A stretch of DNA of 20,000 nt from Xylographa opegraphella (Eukaryota), in assembly GCA_022813865.1 (NCBI GenBank), contig JALDZX010000082.1:47005-67004 (forward strand). The letters are read 5' to 3'. The position numbers and the translations under genes are program-made. The notes below the pieces were generated by a model. The model was given only the letters and a program-made list of their open reading frames with translations. It had not been told where the DNA came from and did not search any database. Below, piece by piece: positions 11,796 through 20,000 of this stretch; position 1 is the first letter of the stretch; each line of letters starts with the position of its first letter.

Positions 11796-12304
11796 ATATC
11801 AAAATATAATCTATCCAGCGTTTACCGTCGAAAGACTCAATCGCACAGCATTCGTAATAAACTTTTTTTATGATATACCCTTGCGATCGCTGTATTAAAG
11901 AATATTTAATTTACGAAATTTTTTCGAAATCAAAGTTTTACGTAAATTATATTATCGTTTAAATTTATTGCTTTTTGATTATGATCGAGGCCGATCGTCG
12001 TGATTTAAAGAAACGAAAAAAATAAAATAAAACGCCGAATAATTAAATTAAAAAAGGCCCGTAATCGTAAAAAACGTCAACTTTTAAATATTAAAAATAA
12101 AAAACGAAAAATAATTCAGCGTAAAATATTTATCATTGAAATTCTAAAAAATTATAAACGTTAAAAGGCGAAAACTTTTACCAACGATTTCTTCGAGATC
12201 TCTTCTTTTTCTTTTTTTCTTTTTAAAACTTTAAAAACTTTTTTTAAATTTTAACTCTGTTTAATAATACTGTTAAAAAGGCTTTTAATAGTTTCCAAGG
12301 TTAG
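11796..12304 (+). pseudogene. Antisense extra ORF of family A copy 2: Zn2Cys6-like cluster plus coiled coil (RIP-disrupted, small frameshifts)
   Basis: 11879-11971 reads PCDRCIKEYLI[Y]EIFSKSKF[Y]VN[Y]IIV*IYC, with Cys1, Cys2 and Cys6 intact. It continues MIEADRRDLKKRK and ends QG* at 12304. Confidence 0.75.
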
Positions 12305-15300
12305 TAAATAATTTTTAGATATTATCTAACTTTAAGTATTTCTTTTATTTAACTAAATAATTCTGACTTTGCTTATCCAGAATTTTCTTTATTTTAAATT
12401 CTTATTCTTCTTTCTTGTTATATTAAAAGACTATTTATAATAAAGTATTTACGTCTGCTGGTTTCAACAAAAAGATATAAAATACTAGGTATATTCTCGC
12501 ATTTTTTGGCAGGTCAAAAAAGTAATTAATTAATTCTTTAACTTGCTTAATTAAAAATAATCCGACTTTAATATAATCAAGTTTTCTGCTTCGATTTTTG
12601 CTAGTTACTGAATTTTTCGTAAAAAAAAATATTTTATTCCCCTGTTTAAGCTAAGGTTTATTCTTTTTATTATTATATTTTATAATAATTACTTTATTGT
12701 TATTTTATTAAATTCTTTTCGATAACGCTTCGTGCGTATTTTTTAAGTCATTGATTAATATTATTGCTCTATTAATATTAAATCCTGGCCTTTTTCAAAA
12801 ATAATTCTGAATGTCGTTTCGTATTTACGAAAAAGGGCGATATTTTTATTATTATAAATTGTTTGTCGTTCAGTGCCAATTGTCCCAAAGGCAACAGTAA
12901 TACCCAATTATTTTGTTTGGAATTAATAAATTATTGTAAATACACTTTCAAACTTTGGTTTATTCTTTTTATTCAATTATTTATTTATAAATAATAAACG
13001 ATTAATATTTAATTTGACTTTTAATTCAGACATTAAAGTTTTTTTAAAAGGTTTAATATAAACAGTTTATTTTTATTGAACATTATTTCTGCTAAAAATC
13101 TATGATTTTTATTAGGCTGTTCAACAGGAGGAAAATTAATTATTTTACTATGAATAAATTTTTTTAAAAAATACGATAATAAAGTAATTGGTAAATTTAT
13201 TTATAAGTACTATTATCGAATTATATTTTAATTTTGTAGTTAAATTTTTTAATTTTAGTAATTTTCCAATAAAGTCAATCGATATTTATTTTTATAATTT
13301 CTTTGAAATATTCGAAAATAAAATGATTCCGTATACTGTATGTCTTGTTGACTTATTTTTTAATATAATACGTATTTCTTGATATATTCCTTTACATGCT
13401 TTTTTATATTTCGGGAATTTATAGTTCTTTTTATAAATTCTATTGTTTTAAAAACTCCTGGGTGGCTATTCGTTGATTTATCGTAATAATATTTATTTAT
13501 TTTTTCTAATGACAGTTTTTTTTTTAAATTTTTTGCAATCGCTTATGTTTCGAAAGCTGCGATTTATTTTGCAGAAATAAGAGCTTTACTGCTATTCTTG
13601 CATAATAATACTTTATTTATTGGTTCTTTGTTTATTAAATCTTTTTTTCTGCTAAATATATTCAGTTTTTCATTGTCTTTGCCTGGTATATATATAATTT
13701 TGAATTTAAACTGCCCTAAAAGTTCTGCTTATTTTATTTATTTTTTAAAGCACTTTCGTCGTAGTAAAACTTAATAAATTTTTATAATCTATATAAATAG
13801 TAAATTTTAAGCAACTTTCTGTATACACTTTTCATAATAAAATAAATACTATTATAACGAGTAATTCCTTGTCGTGAATATCATAGTTTTATTCTATTAA
13901 TAATATTCTTTAGTAATGTACAATAGGGTGCTATTTCCTATTTTAAATTTACAGTAAATATATATTTATAGTTAAATTTAATGCGTTTGTTTTTATTCTC
14001 GCAGGTTTTTTTAACCTAAAACGTTATTAAAACTGGTAGTTTTATATAAGCTTTTTTCAAAATATTAAAAGCTCGTTTTTGGTTCGACTTCTATTTAAAA
14101 TTTCAATTTTTATATATTGAATTTGTTTGGTTCGACTTCTATTTAAAATTTCAATTTTTATATATTGAATTTGTTAAAAATATCACTTTTTTTATGTAAT
14201 TTTTAATGAAAAGTTCTATTAAAATTTGTAAATTGTAGAAATCTTAAGATCTTTTCTGTTATTATTAATTAAGGCCGTTTAAGTATAGTTCGTATTTTTT
14301 CTAAATTTGTTTTAATTTCGGTTTTGCTAATTATAAATTTTAGAAAGACTATTTCGTTCTTATTGTATTTAAATTTTTCTGATTTAAACAGCAACTTCGC
14401 TTTTTTTTAGATATATAAGTACTTTTTATATATATTTGATATATTCTTTTGCTAATTTCGAGTAAATAAATATATCGTTTAAATAAATTAATATCGTTAA
14501 ATCCAAATATGTTCTTATTACGTTGTGAATTAATATTTAGCAATTAATTAATATATATTAATTTTAAGGGCATAATTCAATACTGGTAGTATTTATATTT
14601 GTTTTGGAATACTATTTTTTAATCCGCGTTTTTTTTTTAATTAAATCATATACGCCCCTAAAGTTAAATTTGGTAAAATATTTTACTCTATTAAATTTAT
14701 TTCGTATTTCGCTGATTTTCGGTAGCGAATATCGATTTTTAATAATAATATCGTTAAATTTTTTATAATTAATATAAGATTTCAAGCTTTCGTTTTTTTA
14801 AATATAAATATTACGGGATATTTTACCGAGGATTTTGATTCTTTTATAAATTTCTTTTTAGGCTTTTATAAATATATTTACGAAACTCCCGAAGTTCTTT
14901 TTCTAACATATTATATATAAGTTTAAATGTTGGCTTTTCCCCTGGTTTCAAATTAATCTCGCAATTTTAAGGTTAATATTTAGATAAGGCGTTAAGCTCT
15001 TTCTTTTTCTTTTTAAAAAAATCATGTTTACGCTTTATACTTTTTAGAGATATTAAGAAATACGTTGCTTTTTTTAAATTTTGATTTAATTTGTTTCACT
15101 AACCCTTGCTGATACGTATCGAGTCGAACCTTTAAGTAAAATATTTTTAGTTAAAAATAAAATTTTATTATCTCGATCGATTTTCGATTTTTTATTTATT
15201 TATTACCGTTCTTTATTCATATATAAAATATATATTAATAACGCGGTTTATATACTTTTTGATAAATATTTTTTTATTTTAATTTAAAAATACGTTGTAC

Positions 15301-15570
15301 TTGATTCACCAAAACTAATTTAGAATAATATAATATTTAGCCATAAGAATTATATCATAGATTATTTTTTATAATATTAAGAGATAGCAATAGAAAGTGA
15401 TTTTATATATCGTTCTTTTTTTTAAATAACCCGTCGGCCATTATTATTTAAATTTATTTTAAAATTAAAAACTCGAAGTCCCAACTCTTCGCGAAAGTAC
15501 TGAATATATAATTTAAATTAGCTTTAGTATTTAATATTGCGATTAATTAATAATTATTTTTTTAATCGAA
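12250..15570 (-). pseudogene. pol remnant of family A copy 2 (protease, RT, RNase H, integrase, chromodomain)
   Basis: De-RIPed motifs: AMLDTGA (~15520-15545), PGEKPTF.PIY...EKELRE (~14885-14945), NRYPLP.I (~14715-14740), FTKLDLRGAY (~14650-14680), YLDD (~14475-14490), NWVLLLPLGQLA (~12870-12910). Ends are approximate. Confidence 0.9.
14078..14173. repeat. Perfect 48-bp tandem duplication inside pol
   Basis: 14078-14125 is identical to 14126-14173. The homologous region of copy 1 (~25-80) has one unit. Confidence 0.95.
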
Positions 15571-17230
15571 ATCTTTATAAAATTTATATAATCTAGTTTT
15601 TTCTAGTATATTTTAAAGTGTATTATATTGATTTTCATATCTTTTTCCTATAATATCTTAAATTATTCTTTTTTTTGCTTAAAATAGTCGGTAAATTTCC
15701 TTGATTTCCGTGTATATTATATATTCTTCATAAAAATATTATTATTATAATGAATTTCCGTAGTTGTTTTTTTTTCGAACGAGTTCTGTATATAATAAAA
15801 GTATAGCAAGATTGTTATATATATTTTAAATTTTTTAAATGTTTTCGTTTTTCTTTTAAATGCCAAGGGCATTTATGTTTAAAAGATTTATCCTAAATTT
15901 GAATATTACAATAGGCCTTTTTTGTATAGTTATTATAATTATGGTTTTTTAAATAAATCTTGTAGTGCGTGCTTATATAAGCATTATTATATATTAAATT
16001 ATAATTTAAATATCCTGGGTTTACTCGATAATTCTATATATTTAATTTTTTAGTTTTTATCGGCGTTCTTAACTTATTAGTTTTTTTATAGATTTAATTT
16101 TCGAGATTATCTGACTCGATATTCTGTTTTTCAAAATCTTTATAAATCTACAAATTAATAATATTTTAATCGCTTTTTTCGTTATTATTAATTTTTATTT
16201 AAGGGCTGTTTTCCCTATATTAAATATTGATTTTCTGTAAATCAACCTTTTCGTGTTTTTTTATTAATATTAATTTAATTATTTAAATTTAAAATAAGTT
16301 TCGTATTTTTTCCTTGTATAAAAACAGCTAATTATCCTTTTTTCAAATTTCGGCTTTACCGAAAGTCTTAAATATACGTTTATTCATAATTTAAATTTAA
16401 AATTAAATTTTTTTATCAAGAGTTTTTAGCAATATGGCCGATTTTTTTATATACGTAATAAAATCGGCTAATCTTTTACCCCGTAAGTACTTTTTCCTAA
16501 ATCCCTGGTTTTGCTTTTAAAATATATTTATTTTTATTGATATTGATTTATAAAGATTTGGCGTTTTATATAGCTTTTCTTTTGCTTCAAAGTCATTTTT
16601 TTAATAATTATATTTTTATTATATTTTCAATTTCATATTTGCGTTTTACAGCCCTTTCGTACAGCTTGTTGTTATTTTTATATATATTTTAATTATTTAA
16701 TTTATAGTTTTAATTACGGCATTAATTTTTATTAAATCTTTAAATCTTCTGCGGTATTTTATCATTAAAGTATTGTCGTTTTATTGAATTTAAATTATAA
16801 ATTATTAAAATCGAGTCGAGTACTTTGTACAAGTTTTTTTTAATTAAAATAGTATATAAATCGTATTGTTATATTTTTCTCGTTCGATAGTCCAAATCCT
16901 TTTTCAATTTTAATTTTCAATATCGCAAAGCTTTTTAGCTATTTAAAGTCTTTATCGTCAAAATTTTCAAAATACTTTTTAAAATAAAAGGCGATTTATT
17001 TCTAAGCTTGTTCTTGTCTATATATAATAACGAAAAATAACTTTTTTAATTCTACAACATTGTTCCTTCAAAACTCGGAAAATATCTTTATTTGCATAAA
17101 TTAGTCCTTTAAATAATCTTAATTTTTTTTTATTTATCGAGTTTTTTTTATTTTAACGCGATCGTTTTTTATAGTATTTTTATTGCTTTTTATAATATTT
17201 AAAGTTGAGTTTAATCGTGCTCCTGATATA
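15570..17230 (-). pseudogene. gag region remnant of family A copy 2
   Basis: Lies between the 5' LTR and the protease. Heavily degraded coding-like sequence with Cys/His-rich remnants (KCPWHLKEK near 15850-15875). Boundaries are approximate. Confidence 0.6.
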
Positions 17231-17252
17231 CTTATTTTAAAAATATTTAAAA

Positions 17253-17608
17253 TATTACGATTTTGTTTTTAAATAAAAGAATTTAATCAGAAATTTAGGT
17301 TGAATTCGTTAATAAATAATTTTTTTTAATAATAAGTTAATCGTTCTTTAAAAGTAATACTTTTCGTACAGTATTATATTAAAGTTTATCAATTTAAGAC
17401 TATAATATGAGTTGAATACGTCTTTTACAATCAAGAAAATTCTTTACTTTATATTAAAAATTTATTTTAAAATACCTTCCATGCCTCTCGAGGAGGCTAC
17501 AGAGGTAAAGAAATCATGCCTCCCATGCCTTCTGAGGAGGCAGAGGAGGCATTCGGAATCGGGTTCCCCCGACCCTTGTTCCACACAACATTGATCAGAA
17601 TCTTATCA
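17253..17608 (-). repeat. 5' LTR of family A copy 2 (356 bp)
   Basis: Starts TGATAAG on - with the TG intact. Direct repeat of 11378-11738. The part at 17480-17608 keeps its ancestral GC. Confidence 0.88.
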
Positions 17609-19628
17609 CGAGTTACTGTTTTTACAGATTAAACTCAGCATTTTTTCGCAAAAAATCTTCAATTATTCTTTAAATTTTTTTATTCACTTTATGAACATCA
17701 ACACGGTTGTCATGTTCAATAAATAACGTGGTTTTTTTTTCAAAAAAAAAACCCTCAATTTGCATTATTAAAAACTTTTTTAGTAGAATTTTATGTACTT
17801 ACCGTGATTTTTTTAATCGAAAATAATGCAATAATTCGAGCTTACTTTCGTTTCGAAGCCTTCATCGACATTGATTATTAATTCGTTCGATACGTTTTAT
17901 TGTTTTTAAAAATTTCGTTAAATGGGTTACGATTAATAACGTTAAATTTACTAATTTTTAATTTAATCGTTTCGATCTAATTAATTTTATCGGCCTATTT
18001 TAAGTAATACGGGCAAAATCTCTAAAAATTCTGATTTAAAATTAAAACTAAGCAGTTAACAAAGTAATTTTTAAATTCGACGTAAAAAAAATTATCGAGG
18101 TCGTTTTATATTTATTATTAATATTTTTATAAAAAATCAATATCGAGAGAATTTTTACTGTAAACTTTAATTTTTTACGAATTTTACTATTTTTATTAAT
18201 AGCCAATTAATTATTCGTAACAAAAAATAATTCGAAAACTTAAACGCATTTAAAGCCCTTGATACTTTAAAAGGTTAAAAAAAATAAACGATAATAATTA
18301 TTAAAGTACTGAATTTAATAAGGCCTAGTGGGAAAGTCTTTAAAAATTAATGATTTAATATATATAAACCTCTGCTTTATTGAAATTTTCTGATCCCCCC
18401 GATTCGTTTGATTTAACTGGTTAAAATGGTCAAGACGATAAAGGCGAAATTAAAAATTACTAAAAATCGCTAAAAATCGATTTATTTTATTTAAATATGT
18501 TAATAAAATAAGGCGAAAAAACATTATTAATAAAAATTTAAAAAATTATTATGAAAATATTTATAATTTTATAAATCGATTACGTATTGTAACAAGCATT
18601 AAAAATGCAGTAGAAATACGATAAAATTTAAATATATACTTTCGTGGCGAGGTCGAACTATAGTGAAATATTTAATCTAGCAAAATTATAAAACTCGATT
18701 TAATAACTTATTTGAATAGCGTAAAAGAATTTTATAAAAATTTTTAAGCGACGTTTTTGATCGTTTTCGAGCGAAGTTTTTAATAAATACGTTAATACGC
18801 GTTGTATAATTTACTCGATTTTTACGATCATATAGGTTAATTTTCTATTAAATTTAAAATTAAATTTTTATTATAAATTTATTTCCGATCAGCCTGCAGC
18901 GATATATACTAATAGTTACGAAAATAAATTCTTAAAATAAAATTGATTATTGAATAAACGGGAAAAAATACTCCGTAAAAAACCCATCGTAAAATTTTCA
19001 TCAGGTGGAAGAGATACGAAATAAAATATAATAAATAATTAAAAAAAATTTTTAAACGAGACGCGAAAGTTTATTAACAATTATAATAAAACTATTAAAA
19101 AATATACACTCGATACGCCTGGTCGAAAGCTTTTAAAATCGATTAAAAAAGAATATTAGCGTATTAATACCAGCGAAACAAAAGGGGTCGTTTAAGAAAA
19201 ATAACCTGAACGTATTTATATTTGCATACAAATTTTGTCAAGCGTAAACGCTAGATTTTTTTTTAATTGAGGGGACTTGTCACGGGTCCTGAGTTCTGAA
19301 CCTAATTTAATCTGTGTTTCCCTTTTTTTGCTCTGTTTATAAATTTTAACGAGTCATTATATATATAGCTGAACCTTTATTTCATAATTATAATTCAGCT
19401 TTTTTACAGCATTATAAATCATAAATTCTGTAATTAAACGTTCACCTCACATTGAAAGATTATGAAAAGTAAAATCAAAATTAATATTAATATTAAAATC
19501 GTTTTTAGTTACTTATTCGAATTCGATTATTTAATTAAATTTATTAAATTTTATACTTTTAAAGAATATTATATATTTTGCATATTTTCAATATACATAT
19601 TTAAAATTCGGGATTTCAGCTCGCTCAG
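17609..19628 (+). mobile_element. Family B chromovirus copy 2, internally deleted: 5' region and gag N-part joined to integrase tail and chromodomain, then PPT and truncated 3' LTR
   Basis: Gag-like F.NRLR...IRQNLD.CLRGE.E.WW (~18570-18666, de-RIPed). Chromodomain IRWK.Y at 19000-19017. 18810-19628 is homologous to 3230-3995 (-). Confidence 0.7.
19278..19628 (+). repeat. 3' LTR of family B copy 2, cut off about 15 bp before its expected end
   Basis: Begins TGTCACGGG directly after PPT-like GAGGGGACT (19269-19277). Aligns with 3216-3540 (-) up to CTCGCTCAG. Confidence 0.75.
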
Positions 19629-19657
19629 AAGTCGGGGATCTAAATATTTAGATATTT

Positions 19658-20000
19658 AAATATAGAATATAAAATATAGAATATAAAATATAGAATATAA
19701 AATATAGAATATAAAATATAGAATATAAAATATAGAATATAAAATATAGAATATAAAATATAGAATATAAAATATAGAATATAAAATATAGAATATAAAA
19801 TATAGAATATAAAATATAGAATATAAAATATAGAANNNNNNNNNNNNNNNNNNNNNNNNNNNNNNNNNNNNNNNNNNNNNNNNNNNNNNNNNNNNNNATA
19901 TAGAATATAAAATATAGAATATAAAATATAGAATATAAAATATAGAATATAAAATATAGAACATAAAATATAGAATATAAAATATAGAATATAAAATATA
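19658..20000. repeat. Tandem array (AAATATAGAATATA)n, a 14-bp dimer of 7-mers, spanning an N gap at 19836-19897
   Basis: Directly visible near-perfect periodicity, with one variant unit (AACATAA) at about 19961. Confidence 0.97.

Larger units (their letters stand above)
11378..17608 (-). mobile_element. Ty3/gypsy chromovirus family A copy 2, structurally full length (~6.2 kb), RIP-degraded, probably recombinant
   Basis: Two ~360-bp direct LTRs flank gag, protease, RT, RNase H, integrase and chromodomain on -. No matching TSD. Confidence 0.9.

Noticed and set aside
13188..13382. 64-aa ORF on +
   Set aside because: It is antisense to the RIPed integrase and is a low-complexity chance ORF.
14349..14543. 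64-aa ORF on -
   Set aside because: It overlaps the RT YLDD region in the wrong frame and is not a separate gene.
17412..17594. 60-aa ORF on +
   Set aside because: It is inside the 5' LTR and stays open because of local GC retention. No recognisable motif.
19462..19964. ORFs at 19462-19659 (+) and 19656-19964 (-)
   Set aside because: They are translations of LTR sequence and of the tandem array with its N gap.
19658..20000. Possible telomere or CRISPR array
   Set aside because: There are no unique spacers, and the unit is not a G-rich TTAGGG-like telomeric repeat.
1..20000. Organellar, AT-rich bacterial or alternative-genetic-code origin
   Set aside because: No rRNA, tRNA or housekeeping genes are visible. 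Paired repeats differ mostly by C>T/G>A transitions and the stops map to Trp/Gln/Arg codons, which fits RIP-like decay of nuclear retroelements.

Overview
This is a very AT-rich, gene-free block of nested, mutationally decayed LTR retrotransposons. The C>T/G>A-dominated decay is typical of repeat-induced point mutation (RIP) in filamentous ascomycetes. I resolve two tail-to-tail copies of a Ty3/gypsy chromovirus, family A (1-2933 on +; 11378-17608 on -), and two pieces of a second chromovirus, family B (3216-11377 on -, interrupted; 17609-19628 on +, internally deleted). A full-length Ty1/copia element (5279-10961, -) is nested in family B. There are also two short GC-rich solo LTRs with perfect 5-bp TSDs, a perfect 48-bp tandem duplication, and a 14-bp tandem array spanning an assembly gap. 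None of the supplied ORFs looks like a real gene. The most interesting signal is a RIP-disrupted extra ORF of about 167 aa in both family A copies. It lies antisense between the 3' LTR and the chromodomain and reconstructs to a Zn(II)2Cys6-spaced cysteine cluster plus a charged coiled coil. All domain calls come from manual translation with RIP reversal, not from database searches.
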